A stretch of DNA of 64,000 bases from Christensenellaceae bacterium. GTDB lineage: Bacteria > Bacillota > Clostridia > Christensenellales > Borkfalkiaceae. The stretch covers positions 10,775 through 74,774 of the forward strand of contig JAZNBU010000018.1 in NCBI GenBank assembly GCA_045587245.1, given 5' to 3'. The first letter of the stretch is position 1. Every line of letters starts with the position of its first letter. The position numbers were made by a program, and so were the translations under genes. The notes beneath the pieces were generated by a model. It saw nothing but the letters and a program-made list of their open reading frames with translations. It had not been told where the DNA came from and did not search any database. Below are positions 19,434-30,131 of the stretch, in pieces.

Positions 19434-20660
19434 ATGGAAAAGAAAGAAATCAAAAAGGTAGTATTAGCATATTCAGGTGGTCTTGATACATCAATCATTA
19501 TCCCTTGGCTTAAAGAAAACTACAACAACTGTGAAGTTATAGCAGTTGCTGGTAACGTTGGTCAATCTGATGAACTTGACGGTTTAGAAGAAAAGGCTTT
19601 AAAAACTGGTGCATCTAAGCTTTACGTTTTAGATTTAACTGACGACTACGTTGATAACTACATAATTCCTTGCGTAAAAGCTGGCGCTATTTACGAAGAA
19701 TATTTACTTGGAACTTCACACGCACGTCCTTGTATTGCTAAAGGCCTTGCAGAAATTGCAATTAAAGAAGGCGCAGATGCAATTGCACACGGCTGTACAG
19801 GTAAGGGTAATGACCAAGTTCGTTTTGAACTTACGTTAAAACACTTCTGCCCAGATATGGAAATTATTGCTCCTTGGCGTATATGGGATATCAAATCTCG
19901 TGAAGAAGAAATTGATTATGCAGAGGCACATAACGTTCCACTTAAAATCAACAGAGAAACAAACTATTCAAAGGATAAGAACTTGTGGCACTTATCACAC
20001 GAAGGTTTAGACTTAGAAGATACAGGCAACGAACCATTGTATGAAAAAGAAGGCTTTTTGGAACTTGGCGTTTCACCAATCAAAGCACCAGATAAGCCAA
20101 CTTATGTTGAACTTGATTTCGTTAAAGGTGTTCCTGTTGCTCTTGACGGCGAAAAGATGAGCGCAAAAGAAATTATCTTAAAGCTCAACAAACTCGGTGG
20201 AGAAAATGGTATAGGACTTCTTGATATCGTAGAAAACCGTTTAGTAGGTATGAAATGTCGTGGCGTATATGAAACACCAGGTGGTGCAATTCTATACAAA
20301 GCACACAGCGTTTTAGAAACGTTGTGCCTTGATAAGATGACAATGCACGAAAAACAAAAACTTGCTATCACTTATGGTGAACTTGTTTATAACGGACAAT
20401 GGTTTACACCACTTAGAGAAGCGCTTGCTGCATTCGTTGATAAAACTCAAGAAAAAGTTAACGGTAAAGTTCGCTTAAAGCTTTATAAAGGTAATATGAT
20501 AAACGCAGGCGTATGGAGTGAAGATTCACTTTATAGCGAAGAAATTGCAACGTTTGGCGAAAGTGATTATAACCAAAAAGATGCAGAAGGCTTTATCAAT
20601 CTCTTTGGCTTGCCAATCAAAGTTGCAGCAATGGTAGAAAAGAATAAAAACAAGGCTTAA
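19434..20660 (+). CDS. argG: Argininosuccinate synthase
   Basis: 'AYSGGLDTS' ATP-PPase motif, 408 aa. Confidence 0.96.
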   Translation: MEKKEIKKVVLAYSGGLDTSIIIPWLKENYNNCEVIAVAGNVGQSDELDGLEEKALKTGASKLYVLDLTDDYVDNYIIPCVKAGAIYEEYLLGTSHARPCIAKGLAEIAIKEGADAIAHGCTGKGNDQVRFELTLKHFCPDMEIIAPWRIWDIKSREEEIDYAEAHNVPLKINRETNYSKDKNLWHLSHEGLDLEDTGNEPLYEKEGFLELGVSPIKAPDKPTYVELDFVKGVPVALDGEKMSAKEIILKLNKLGGENGIGLLDIVENRLVGMKCRGVYETPGGAILYKAHSVLETLCLDKMTMHEKQKLAITYGELVYNGQWFTPLREALAAFVDKTQEKVNGKVRLKLYKGNMINAGVWSEDSLYSEEIATFGESDYNQKDAEGFINLFGLPIKVAAMVEKNKNKA

Positions 20661-20746
20661 AATCCTTAAATCCTGTGCGAAATTTTTTTTGCGCAGGATA
20701 ATTTCGTTAAAAAGGCATAGAAAAATTATGCCTAAATGGAGGCAAT

Positions 20747-22126
20747 ATGGCAAAAATGTGGGCAGGCCGTACAGACGGCGTAACTAGCAAAATAGCTGAT
20801 GAGTTTAACAGTTCGATTAAAGTTGATAGCAGAATGTATAAACAAGATATTTTAGGTAGTATGGCGCACGCAAGTATGCTCAGTGCAAAAAATATCATAT
20901 CAAAGCAAGACGCCGATATTCTAATCGACGGCTTAGATGGAATTCTCGCTGACCTTGAAAGTGGCAAACTTGAAATCGATTATACAGCAGAAGATATACA
21001 CATGTTTGTTGAGCAAGTCTTAACAGAGAGAGTTGGTGAAGTTGGCAAAAAGCTCCACACTGCACGTAGCAGAAACGACCAAGTTGCACTTGATACAAAA
21101 ATGTATCTAAGAGATGCAACCGAAAAGGTGACCGAAAAGATAGAAAATCTTCTTTTTGCTATAACCTCTCAAGCCAAAGAACACAAGTCATCTATTATGC
21201 CGGGCTACACACACTTACAACGTGCGCAACCAATCACTTTTGGGCATCACTTAATGGCTTATGCAATGATGCTACTTAGGGATATAAAAAGGTTTATCAG
21301 TAGCTATGAACGCTTAAACGTTTCGCCAATCGGCTGTTGCGCCCTTGCAGGAACAACTTACGACACGGATAGGGAACTTGAAGCCAAGATTTTGGGCTTT
21401 GATAGTGTTAATATGAACAGTATTGACGGCGTTTCGGATAGAGACTTTTGCATAGAGTTTTCATCAAACTGCGCAATCCTTATGATGCACTTATCAAGGC
21501 TTTCAGAAGAAATCTTGCTTTGGACAAGTTGGGAGTTTAAGTTTGTTGAACTTTCCGATGCTTTCACAACAGGCTCATCAATAATGCCACAAAAGAAAAA
21601 TTCGGATATGGCAGAACTCGTGCGTGGAAAAACAGGCAGAGTATATGGCAACTTAATGTCAATACTCACAATGCTAAAAGGTCTTCCACTTGCTTATAAT
21701 AAAGATATGCAAGAAGATAAAGAAGGCGTGTTCGATAGTTACGACACAGTTTCAATGTGTTTAGACGTTTTAGCGCCAATGATAAAGAGTATGAAAGTGC
21801 TAAAAGAAAATATGCTTTTGGCATCACAAAAAGGCTTTATCAACGCAACAGACCTTGCAGACTATATGGTTAAAAAAGGCATGCCTTTTAGGTCTGCGTA
21901 TAAAATTGTTGGAAAGATTGTAAGCGATTGCATTAAAAACGGCAAAATTTTAGAAGACTTAAGCTTAGAAGAATATAAAAATTACGATAATATTTTCGAG
22001 CAAGATTTGTTTAATGAAATCAACTTAAATACTTGTGTAGAAAAACGTATATCACTCGGTGGCACTTCTCCAAAATCGGTTGAAATGCAAATAGAGTGGA
22101 TAAAGGAACAATTAGAAAATGTATAA
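20747..22126 (+). CDS. argH: Argininosuccinate lyase
   Basis: Fumarate-lyase signature 'GSSIMPQKKNSD', 459 aa. Confidence 0.96.
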   Translation: MAKMWAGRTDGVTSKIADEFNSSIKVDSRMYKQDILGSMAHASMLSAKNIISKQDADILIDGLDGILADLESGKLEIDYTAEDIHMFVEQVLTERVGEVGKKLHTARSRNDQVALDTKMYLRDATEKVTEKIENLLFAITSQAKEHKSSIMPGYTHLQRAQPITFGHHLMAYAMMLLRDIKRFISSYERLNVSPIGCCALAGTTYDTDRELEAKILGFDSVNMNSIDGVSDRDFCIEFSSNCAILMMHLSRLSEEILLWTSWEFKFVELSDAFTTGSSIMPQKKNSDMAELVRGKTGRVYGNLMSILTMLKGLPLAYNKDMQEDKEGVFDSYDTVSMCLDVLAPMIKSMKVLKENMLLASQKGFINATDLADYMVKKGMPFRSAYKIVGKIVSDCIKNGKILEDLSLEEYKNYDNIFEQDLFNEINLNTCVEKRISLGGTSPKSVEMQIEWIKEQLENV

Positions 22127-23042
22127 CGTATTTATTGATGGCAGTGCTGGAACAACGGGCTTAAAAATAGTAGAAAGGCTGTCAAATAGAGAAGATATAA
22201 ACTTAATAAAACTTTCAGAAGAACTTAGAAAAGACGAAAAAGCAAGAAAAGAAGCATTAAACAGCGCAGACGTTGCTTTTTTATGCTTACCAGACCAAGC
22301 GGCAATAGATGCAGTAAAGCTTGTGGAAAACCCAAACGTCAAAATCATAGACACGTCAACGGCACACAGGGTAAACGAAACGTGGCAGTATGGCTTTGCT
22401 GAAATTAACAATTTTGAGCAAAAAATTGCTAATTCAAAACGCATTGCAAATCCAGGTTGTCACGCAAGTGGTTTTATAGCACTTGTAAACCCACTTATTA
22501 ATGCTGGTGTAATGAGTAAAGAAGTTGCACTCACTTGTTTTTCTATTACAGGCTATACGGGTGGTGGAAAAAAGATGATTGCAGAGTATGAAGGCGAAGA
22601 TAAGCCTATGCTTTATGATGCGCCACGCCAATATGCTTTAGGTCAAACACATAAGCACTTATCAGAAATGCAAAAGTATTGCTCGCTAGATATGAATCCA
22701 ATCTTTTGTCCAATAGTTGCAGACTATGATAGGGGTATGGAAGTGACCGTTCCAATCTTTGCAAAAGACATAAAGTGTGATATAGAAGGTATTAGAGAAA
22801 TTTACAAAAAAACTTATACAGGCAAGGTTGTATGCCTTGCAAAAGAAAACACTGAAGAAGGCTTTTTATCAGCAAATAGTATGCGTGGAAAAGACAGTAT
22901 GGAACTTTTTGTTTATGGAAACAAAGACAGAATTATTCTTGTTTCTCGCTTTGATAATCTCGGCAAGGGGGCCTCAGGTTCAGCAATTCAAAATATGAAC
23001 ATATTGCTTGGAGAAAGCCAAACAAAAGGACTCATACTATAA
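22119..23042 (+). CDS. argC: N-acetyl-gamma-glutamyl-phosphate reductase, short ('uncommon') form
   Basis: 307 aa. N-terminus 'VFIDGSAGTTGLKI' and active-site 'NPGCHASG'. Embedded in the arg cluster and overlaps argH by 8 nt. Confidence 0.88.
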   Translation: MYNVFIDGSAGTTGLKIVERLSNREDINLIKLSEELRKDEKARKEALNSADVAFLCLPDQAAIDAVKLVENPNVKIIDTSTAHRVNETWQYGFAEINNFEQKIANSKRIANPGCHASGFIALVNPLINAGVMSKEVALTCFSITGYTGGGKKMIAEYEGEDKPMLYDAPRQYALGQTHKHLSEMQKYCSLDMNPIFCPIVADYDRGMEVTVPIFAKDIKCDIEGIREIYKKTYTGKVVCLAKENTEEGFLSANSMRGKDSMELFVYGNKDRIILVSRFDNLGKGASGSAIQNMNILLGESQTKGLIL

Positions 23043-23054
23043 AGGAGAAAAATT

Positions 23055-24269
23055 ATGAAGATTATTAGTGGTGGCGTGTGTGCATCAAAAGGATTTACAG
23101 CAAATGGCGTGCATTGTGGTATTCGTCATAACAGAACAAAGCGTGATTTGGCGCTTATATCAAGTGAGGTTCCTGCCACAACGGCAGCCGTTTATACAAC
23201 AAACTTAGTTAAAGGCGCACCACTTGTGGTGACAAAAAAACATATAGAAAACGGCATTGCAAGCGCTATTATTTGTAATAGTGGCAACGCAAACACTTGT
23301 AATGCAAACGGCATTGAAATTGCAGAGCAAATGAGTGGTTTAGTTGCAAGTGCATTAAATATCCCAGCAGACGACGTTGTTGTTGCATCTACAGGCGTTA
23401 TCGGCCAGCCATTAAACATTGAGCCTATCAAAAAGGGTATGGAAAGCTTAGCAAAAGGACTTTCAAGCGATAACGGACTTTTGGCAGCCGAAGCAATTAT
23501 GACAACTGACGTTGCAGTAAAGGAAATTGCAGTCGAGTTTAATATCGGCGATAAAGTTTGTCATATTGGTGGTATCGCAAAAGGTAGTGGTATGATTCAC
23601 CCAAATATGGCAACAATGCTTGTGTTCATTACAAGTGACGTAAATATTAGTAGCGAAATGCTTTTAAAAGCATTAAAGAGCGATATTCAAGAAACTTTTA
23701 ATATGATTAGCGTTGATGGTGATACGTCAACAAACGATATGGTTGTTGTTCTTGCAAACGGCCTTGCTAAAAACACCAAGATTGAAAGCGAAGGCAAGGA
23801 CTTTGAAGAGTTTATGAAGGCTCTTAACACAGTAAACGTAAGCCTTTGCAGAATGATTGCAGGCGATGGCGAAGGTGCAACAAAACTTTTAGAATGTGCT
23901 GTTGAAGGTGCAAAAGAACTTGAAATTGCAAAAACTGTTGCTAAAAGCGTAATTTGTTCAAGCCTAACAAAGGCAGCGATGTTTGGTGCTGATGCAAACT
24001 GGGGTAGGGTTCTTTGTGCAATAGGATATAGTGGTGCAGACGTTGACGTAAATAAAATCGACGTAAGCTTTATCTCTAAGAAGGGCGAAATTGCCGTTTG
24101 TAAAAATGGCAGTGGCGTTGACTTCTCTGAAGAAAAGGCTAAAGAAATATTACTTGAAAAAGAAATTACAATTGCCGTAAACTTAAATGACGGCGAGTTT
24201 AACTCTAAAGCGTGGGGTTGCGATTTAACGTATGACTACGTTAAAATCAATGGCGACTATCGTACTTAA
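23055..24269 (+). CDS. argJ: Bifunctional ornithine acetyltransferase / N-acetylglutamate synthase ArgJ
   Basis: Autoprocessing site 'PNMATMLVF', 404 aa. Confidence 0.94.
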   Translation: MKIISGGVCASKGFTANGVHCGIRHNRTKRDLALISSEVPATTAAVYTTNLVKGAPLVVTKKHIENGIASAIICNSGNANTCNANGIEIAEQMSGLVASALNIPADDVVVASTGVIGQPLNIEPIKKGMESLAKGLSSDNGLLAAEAIMTTDVAVKEIAVEFNIGDKVCHIGGIAKGSGMIHPNMATMLVFITSDVNISSEMLLKALKSDIQETFNMISVDGDTSTNDMVVVLANGLAKNTKIESEGKDFEEFMKALNTVNVSLCRMIAGDGEGATKLLECAVEGAKELEIAKTVAKSVICSSLTKAAMFGADANWGRVLCAIGYSGADVDVNKIDVSFISKKGEIAVCKNGSGVDFSEEKAKEILLEKEITIAVNLNDGEFNSKAWGCDLTYDYVKINGDYRT

Positions 24270-24283
24270 ATTAGGAGAAAATT

Positions 24284-25147
24284 ATGGATAAAAATTTTTC
24301 AAACGCTCAGCGTGCAGAAGTTTTAACTCAAGCGCTTCCTTACATACAACAATATTACGGAAAAGTTGTTGTTGTTAAATATGGTGGCAACGCAATGATA
24401 AACCAAACTTTGAAAGAACAAGTTATGGAAGATATAGTGCTTTTGCACCTTGTTGGTGTAAAGGTTGTTTTAGTGCACGGTGGTGGCCCTGAAATCAATG
24501 AACTTATGGATAAACTTGGTAAAAAGGCAACCTTTGTTGATGGACTTAGAGTGACGGATAAGGAAACTGTTGATATCGTTCAAATGGTGCTTGCTGGTAA
24601 GGTTAATAAATCACTTGTTAATTACTTAGAAGTAAACGGTGGCAAGGCAATGGGCGTTTCTGGTATAGATGGAAGACTTATCGAAGCAGAGATGAAAGAC
24701 CCTAAACTCGGCTTTGTTGGTGAAATTACAAACATCAATATCGGTTGTGTAGAAGACCTACTTAACAACGGCTATATTCCAGTTATCTCAACAGTTGGTT
24801 GCGATAAAGAAGGCAATATTTATAACATAAACGGCGACACTGCTGCAGCAAGAATTGCTGGTGCATTAAAAGCTGAAAGACTTATTATGATGACTGATAT
24901 TGCAGGCATCTTAAAAGACAAAAACGACCCAACAACACTTATTCCAAAGATTACACTTAAAGAGGCACAAGCCCTTAAAGAAAGTGGCGTTATTCAAGGC
25001 GGTATGATACCAAAAGTAAACTGCTGTATTGATGCTATTGCTCACGGCGTTAAAAACGTTATCATTATGGACGGAAGAATTCCACACTCAATCCTTATGG
25101 AAATTCTAACCGATGAAGGTGCCGGCACAATGGTTGTGGAGGCTTAA
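24284..25147 (+). CDS. argB: Acetylglutamate kinase
   Basis: 'VVKYGGNAM' and 'LVHGGGPE' amino-acid kinase motifs. Confidence 0.94.
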   Translation: MDKNFSNAQRAEVLTQALPYIQQYYGKVVVVKYGGNAMINQTLKEQVMEDIVLLHLVGVKVVLVHGGGPEINELMDKLGKKATFVDGLRVTDKETVDIVQMVLAGKVNKSLVNYLEVNGGKAMGVSGIDGRLIEAEMKDPKLGFVGEITNINIGCVEDLLNNGYIPVISTVGCDKEGNIYNINGDTAAARIAGALKAERLIMMTDIAGILKDKNDPTTLIPKITLKEAQALKESGVIQGGMIPKVNCCIDAIAHGVKNVIIMDGRIPHSILMEILTDEGAGTMVVEA

Positions 25148-25149
25148 AA

Positions 25150-26316
25150 ATGAATACTTTTATTCAAATAGATAAAGAATACGTTGCAAATACATACGCA
25201 CGTTTTCCTATTGAAATTATAAAAGGCAAAGGCTCAAAAGTAGTTGACGTAAACGGAAAAACTTATATCGATATGGGCAGTGGCATTGGCGTTACGGCTT
25301 TTGGTATAAGCGATAAAAAGTGGAAAAAAGCCGTTAAAGCACAACTAAACAAAGTGCAACATACGTCAAACCTATATTATACAGAGCCTTGTGCAATCCT
25401 AGCAAAACAACTTTGCGAAAAAACGGGTATGAAAAAGGTTTTCTTTTCAAACTCTGGTGCTGAATCAAACGAGTGTGCAATCAAGATAGCTCGTCAATAC
25501 GGCATTGAAAACAAAGGTGCAGATTATACAACTATAATCACACTTAAAAACAGTTTTCACGGCAGAACGATAACAACTCTTTCAGCAACAGGGCAAGACG
25601 TTTTCCACGCTAAATTTAATCCTTTAACAACAGGTTTTGTTTATGCAACTGCAAACGACATTGAAAGCGTTAAAACATTAGTTAACGAACATAAAGTTTG
25701 TGGCATTTTGATAGAGTGTGTGCAAGGCGAAGGTGGGGTTATAGCGCTTGACAGGGAGTTTGTTTGTGGCGTTGAAGAGATTTGCAAACAAAACGATATT
25801 ATCTTTATGATAGACGAAGTTCAAACTGGCAACGGAAGAACGGGCAAGCTTTATGCGTATATGAGCTATGGCGTTTGCCCTGACGTTATCACAACGGCAA
25901 AAGGGCTTGGTGGTGGACTTCCTATCGGATGCTGTATGATGAACGAAAAAACCGAAAAGGTTTTGGGCTTTGGTGACCACGGTTCTACTTATGGTGGCAA
26001 CCCTGTGTGCGCTGCAGGTGCATTAAACGTTATCCAAAGAATTGATGATAAACTTCTTAGCGAAGTTAATAAAAAAAGTGAATACATATTCACAAGACTT
26101 CAAGGTGCAAAAGGCATTGAAAGTGTAAGTGGAATGGGGCTTATGATAGGCATTAAAACCACAAAGCCAGCAAAAGAAGTTGTTCTAAAATGCATAGAAA
26201 AGGGTGTTATTTGTTTAACGGCAAAAGATAAGGTTAGACTTTTACCAGCGCTCAATATTCCTATGAAAGACTTAGAGTTTGCAATTAACACAATTTTAAG
26301 TGTTTGTGCTGAATAA
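25150..26316 (+). CDS. argD: Acetylornithine aminotransferase
   Basis: Class III aminotransferase with 'DEVQTG' and the PLP-lysine region 'TTAKGLGGG'. Confidence 0.9.
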   Translation: MNTFIQIDKEYVANTYARFPIEIIKGKGSKVVDVNGKTYIDMGSGIGVTAFGISDKKWKKAVKAQLNKVQHTSNLYYTEPCAILAKQLCEKTGMKKVFFSNSGAESNECAIKIARQYGIENKGADYTTIITLKNSFHGRTITTLSATGQDVFHAKFNPLTTGFVYATANDIESVKTLVNEHKVCGILIECVQGEGGVIALDREFVCGVEEICKQNDIIFMIDEVQTGNGRTGKLYAYMSYGVCPDVITTAKGLGGGLPIGCCMMNEKTEKVLGFGDHGSTYGGNPVCAAGALNVIQRIDDKLLSEVNKKSEYIFTRLQGAKGIESVSGMGLMIGIKTTKPAKEVVLKCIEKGVICLTAKDKVRLLPALNIPMKDLEFAINTILSVCAE

Positions 26317-26344
26317 CAAAAGATTACTTAATAAAGGTGACAAA

Positions 26345-27328
26345 ATGGATTTAAAAGGCAGAAGTTTTTTAAAACTTTTAGATTTTACAAGCGAAGAAAT
26401 TGAACATTTGATTGATTATGCAAGTCAATTAAAACAAATGAAAAAGATGGGCGTTAGCCACAGAATTTGCGAAGGCAAAAATATCGCCCTTATTTTTGAA
26501 AAGACAAGCACGAGAACACGTTGCAGTTTTGAAGTTGCAGCCTCTGACCTTGGTATGAGCGCAGTTTATCTTGACCCACAAGGCTCTCAAATCGGCAAAA
26601 AAGAAAGTATTGCCGACACTGCAAGAGTTTTGGGCAGAATGTTTGACGGCATTGAGTATAGGGGATACGGCCAAGAAATCGTAGAAGATTTAGCAAAATA
26701 TGCAGGCGTGCCTGTATGGAACGGACTTACAAACGAATTCCACCCAACCCAAATTCTAGCAGACTTTATGACTATAAAAGAGAATTTTGGCTCTCTTAAG
26801 GGCAAAAAGCTCGTTTATATGGGCGATGCAAGATATAATATGGGTAACTCGCTTATGATAGGCTGTGCTAAAATGGGAATGCACTTTGTAGCCTCAGCCC
26901 CAACAGAATATTTCCCAAGTGCTGAACTTATTGCAAAGGCACAAGAAATTGCAAGTAAAACGGGCGCTAAGTTAGAGTTTATAACTGACCCAATGGTTGC
27001 AACTTTAGATGCTGACGTAATTTATACAGACGTTTGGGTTTCAATGGGCGAGCCTGATAACGTTTGGAAAGAAAGAATAGAAAAACTTTATCCATATCAA
27101 GTAAATAAAGCAGTTATGGACAATGCAGGAAAGCAATGCAAATTTATGCACTGCTTACCAGCCTTCCACGACTTAAACACAACTATCGGCAAGAACATTT
27201 ACGAAAAGTTTGGAATTTCTGCAATGGAAGTTAGCGATGAAGTGTTTGAAAGCGAAGCGTCAATAGTGTTTGACCAAGCAGAGAACAGAATGCACACAAT
27301 CAAAGCAGTTATGGCAGCAACGCTATAA
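26345..27328 (+). CDS. argF: Ornithine carbamoyltransferase
   Basis: 'STRTRCSFE' and 'HCLPA' motifs. ATG 26345 (MDLKGRSFL) has an AAAGGTGA RBS and is preferred over the 26300 extension, which overlaps argD. Confidence 0.93.
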   Translation: MDLKGRSFLKLLDFTSEEIEHLIDYASQLKQMKKMGVSHRICEGKNIALIFEKTSTRTRCSFEVAASDLGMSAVYLDPQGSQIGKKESIADTARVLGRMFDGIEYRGYGQEIVEDLAKYAGVPVWNGLTNEFHPTQILADFMTIKENFGSLKGKKLVYMGDARYNMGNSLMIGCAKMGMHFVASAPTEYFPSAELIAKAQEIASKTGAKLEFITDPMVATLDADVIYTDVWVSMGEPDNVWKERIEKLYPYQVNKAVMDNAGKQCKFMHCLPAFHDLNTTIGKNIYEKFGISAMEVSDEVFESEASIVFDQAENRMHTIKAVMAATL

Positions 27329-27352
27329 TATACGTTAATAAATAAAAAATGA

Positions 27353-27378
27353 ACCCCTTAAACGAACGTTTAAGGGGT
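27353..27378. terminator. Bidirectional terminator between argF (+) and the MFS gene (-)
   Basis: ACCCCTTAAACG / CGTTTAAGGGGT palindrome, with T-runs on both strands. Confidence 0.75.
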
Positions 27379-27395
27379 TTCTAGTTTGAAAACTT

Positions 27396-28646
27396 TTATA
27401 TAGATTTCTTTTTTGTTTTATTTAATAAAAGCAAAATCACGCCAATAAATATAGTTATAATAAAGGTGAAAATAAAAATAACGAGATAAGAAATTTGCCA
27501 GCCACTAAACTGAATAATTGCGCCGATAATGGTTGGGGCAATGCCTGCTGAAAAAGAGCCTGCAGCGTTCATTAGCCCAGAGTGAGCGCCTGCGCTTATG
27601 TAATCGCAAAGTTTATAAGAAATGATGCTAAAGACTATGGTAATAGCACCTTGAATAATAATTAAATAAATTATCAAAACGGCAAGCGAAATTATAACGT
27701 TAGAATTAAATATGAACACGTATGCAAGTGAAATAACTGATGCGATTATAAAATAAACGAGCCCAACAGTGACAAAGTTTACGTATTTTTCACAATGCCT
27801 AATTGCGATAATAGGCCCTACCATAGTTGCAAGTGGTGCTAAAACCGAAATAAAAATTGCAATATCTTCACGCATACCAAAATTTTCTTGTAATAAACTA
27901 GGAATCCAGTTTATCGTGCCGTAAAACACACAATGCACCAAAAAGCTTAGCGCAAAGGTGATTATAAAAAACAAGGTTTTAGAACGACTTGTTTTAAGCG
28001 CAAATGGCGTTGGCGTTAAGTTCTTAACAGATGAAGAAGAGTTTATGTTTTCAGTTTGAGAGTTTAGCTTTTCGCAATTTTTAACGGCAATAAAGAAGAT
28101 AAAAGCCGAAACAAAAAGGATTATTCCAAAGAAAGTAAAAGGAGAGTCAACCCTTTTGAAAGAAATAAAAAGTGATGCCGAGCCGTAAGAGATAATGCCA
28201 GCAAAAGCTGTTCCGATATTCATAAGCATATTAGCCGTTGCTTTCATATTGATAGGCAAATATTTATTAAGAACTGCCGTACACATACCCCAAATACCAG
28301 CTTGAAGTATGCCGTTTATAGCTAATATCCACCACAAGCTCCACAAATTCATTGTAAGGGCAACAAAAATAGTCACAATGCCAGAAAGGGCAATGGTGAT
28401 AAGCATATACCACTTGATACTTAGTTTGTCAATGACAAAGAAAAGCAAAACTTGCATCAGACCATAAGTTAAAAAATAAAAGGTCATAGCAAGGCTTACT
28501 TGTGGCTTAGTAGCATTAAACATATTTCCAATTTCAATATATTCGGCAGTATATATGTTTTTGCTACCCATCATTATAACCCAAACTAAAACAGAAGCAA
28601 ATATTAAAAAATTATAGCATCGTTTATTTGTCATAAATATATCCAT
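27396..28646 (-). CDS. MFS-type transporter, substrate unknown
   Basis: 416 aa with about 12 hydrophobic segments and a central hydrophilic loop. No specific family recognised. Confidence 0.7.
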   Translation of the reverse strand: MDIFMTNKRCYNFLIFASVLVWVIMMGSKNIYTAEYIEIGNMFNATKPQVSLAMTFYFLTYGLMQVLLFFVIDKLSIKWYMLITIALSGIVTIFVALTMNLWSLWWILAINGILQAGIWGMCTAVLNKYLPINMKATANMLMNIGTAFAGIISYGSASLFISFKRVDSPFTFFGIILFVSAFIFFIAVKNCEKLNSQTENINSSSSVKNLTPTPFALKTSRSKTLFFIITFALSFLVHCVFYGTINWIPSLLQENFGMREDIAIFISVLAPLATMVGPIIAIRHCEKYVNFVTVGLVYFIIASVISLAYVFIFNSNVIISLAVLIIYLIIIQGAITIVFSIISYKLCDYISAGAHSGLMNAAGSFSAGIAPTIIGAIIQFSGWQISYLVIFIFTFIITIFIGVILLLLNKTKKKSI

Positions 28647-28728
28647 ATAATATAATACAAATATATTAGCAATATAATAAAATTAAGTCAAGAAAAAAAT
28701 ATAAATTCTAAAAAGCACGTTAAAAATG

Positions 28729-28757
28729 TTGACAAAATCGATAATGATTGATATACT
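28729..28757 (+). promoter_or_regulatory. Promoter of rpsU
   Basis: TTGACA 28729-28734, 17 bp spacer, TATACT 28752-28757. Confidence 0.6.
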
Positions 28758-28804
28758 AAAAAGGCTTTATCGAACAGCCAAAGGGCAAAGGAGGGTTGAA
28801 AGAG

Positions 28805-28984
28805 ATGTCAATCGTAAGAGTAGGCGAAAACGAAAATATCGACAGCGCATTAAGACGTTTTAAGAGAAAATGTTCACGTGACGGCATAATCGGTGATTTG
28901 CGTAAGAAAGAACATTATGAAAAACCTTCTGTAAAGAAGAAAAAGAAGTCTGAAGCTGCTAGAAAGAGAAGCATTAAAGGCTAA
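28805..28984 (+). CDS. rpsU: 30S ribosomal protein S21
   Basis: '[25 protein letters not shown]' is typical of bS21. ATG 28805 lies 10 nt after GGAGG and is preferred over TTG 28796. Confidence 0.93.
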   Translation: MSIVRVGENENIDSALRRFKRKCSRDGIIGDLRKKEHYEKPSVKKKKKSEAARKRSIKG

Positions 28985-28993
28985 AACAAAAGA

Positions 28994-29027
28994 AGTCTAT
29001 CGAGTATCGATAGACTTTATTTTTTTA
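28994..29027 (+). terminator. Rho-independent terminator after rpsU
   Basis: AGTCTATCGA / TCGATAGACT stem followed by TTTATTTTTTT. Confidence 0.85.
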
Positions 29028-29079
29028 ATGCAGAAAAAGTAAAATTATGTAGAATTTTGTAGAAAAACAGGAGATAATT

Positions 29080-29481
29080 ATGGTAGAAGAAGGTAAAAGC
29101 CTAAAACAATATTGTAAAGAAGCCAAAAAGCGCTTAAAAGGTGGATTTTGGCAAAGTTATCAAAAGAATTTAACCGAAAATATAGAGCGTGCTGAAAAGG
29201 CAGGCATTTCAACTTCTAAGGTAAAACAATATTATACTGAAAGGGTGATTGAAAACATTAAAAATCGTGATGATGAAAAAGAAGAGTTTTATAATAAAGT
29301 TAAGAAACTTCTTTTAGAAGAAGGCGAAGTTCATAATGCGATAGGCAGGCTAACCGATGAAAAAATTTTTAATACGCTTAGTTATGATGAAAAACAGAGA
29401 TATACGCTATCCCTTTCGGAAAAATATTTAGAGGCTGTTGAAAGGTTTAGAAAAGAGCAAGCTCTAGAAATTAAAAAATAA
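29080..29481 (+). CDS. Hypothetical Lys/Glu-rich 133-aa protein
   Basis: An ORF with a GGAGA RBS and no recognisable motif. Predicted mostly helical from its composition. Confidence 0.55.
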   Translation: MVEEGKSLKQYCKEAKKRLKGGFWQSYQKNLTENIERAEKAGISTSKVKQYYTERVIENIKNRDDEKEEFYNKVKKLLLEEGEVHNAIGRLTDEKIFNTLSYDEKQRYTLSLSEKYLEAVERFRKEQALEIKK

Positions 29482-29487
29482 AAACTG

Positions 29488-29516
29488 TTGCAAAATTTTT
29501 GATTTTATTATATAAT
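29488..29516 (+). promoter_or_regulatory. Promoter of the nitroreductase gene
   Basis: TTGCAA 29488-29493, 17 bp spacer, TATAAT 29511-29516. Confidence 0.55.
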
Positions 29517-29549
29517 AATAAAAAAGTAAACAAAAATTTAGGTGAAATT

Positions 29550-30083
29550 ATGTTTGAACAATTTTCTTTATTAGTAAATAATAGACAGTCTTGTAGAGAT
29601 TTTAACGATAAGCCTATTGACAAAGAAACGCTTGATAAAATCGTAAACTTAGGTTTGCTTGCTCCATCAGCTTGCAACAGTCAACCTTGGAAGCTATACG
29701 TTGTAACCGAAGAAAACGCACGCAAAAAGGTTGCTAAAACTTTGCAAGATATGATGATGAACAAGTTTACAAACAAGGCTAAGGCTTTTATTGTTTTGGC
29801 AGAACAACAAGCAACGTTAAAACTCGGTGCAAGCTTAAAGTTTGATAGAAACCACTTTGTAAAATACGATATTGGTCAAATTTCAGCATATCTAACACTT
29901 GGCGCTGAAAGCTTAGGTGTAAGTTCTTGCATTATCGGTTGGATTAACGAAAAAGAACTAAAAGAAGCACTTTCAATGCCAGAAGACCAAAGCGTTTCTA
30001 TTGTAATCGCTTTAGGATACTCTGATATCGACAAGAGAAAGAAATCAAGAAAGGGCTATGACGCTCTTGTTGAATTAGTTTAA
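29550..30083 (+). CDS. Nitroreductase family protein
   Basis: 'RQSCRDF' and 'PSACNSQPW' motifs. ATG 29550 (MFEQF) follows an AGGTGA RBS and lies downstream of the promoter that the longer ORF would contain. Confidence 0.8.
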   Translation: MFEQFSLLVNNRQSCRDFNDKPIDKETLDKIVNLGLLAPSACNSQPWKLYVVTEENARKKVAKTLQDMMMNKFTNKAKAFIVLAEQQATLKLGASLKFDRNHFVKYDIGQISAYLTLGAESLGVSSCIIGWINEKELKEALSMPEDQSVSIVIALGYSDIDKRKKSRKGYDALVELV

Positions 30084-30100
30084 GTTGGTTATAAAACATA

Positions 30101-30130
30101 AACGGCACAGCAAAACGCTGTGCCGTTTTT
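30101..30130. terminator. Bidirectional terminator shared by the nitroreductase (+) and mazF (-) genes
   Basis: ACGGCACAGC / GCTGTGCCGT 10-bp perfect stem with an AAAAC loop. T-runs follow on both strands. Ends 1 nt from the mazF stop. Confidence 0.85.
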
Positions 30131-30131
30131 A

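Noticed and set aside
20670-20735. Two hairpins between argG and argH (20670-20699 and 20713-20733)
   Set aside because: They are real inverted repeats but lack a convincing U-tract. They are most simply intercistronic stabiliser or processing structures, with not enough evidence for a regulatory call.
26300-26344. Longer argF start at 26300 ([15 protein letters not shown]...)
   Set aside because: The extension overlaps the argD 3' end and lacks an RBS. OTCases begin near 'MDLKGRSFL', and ATG 26345 has an AAAGGTGA RBS.
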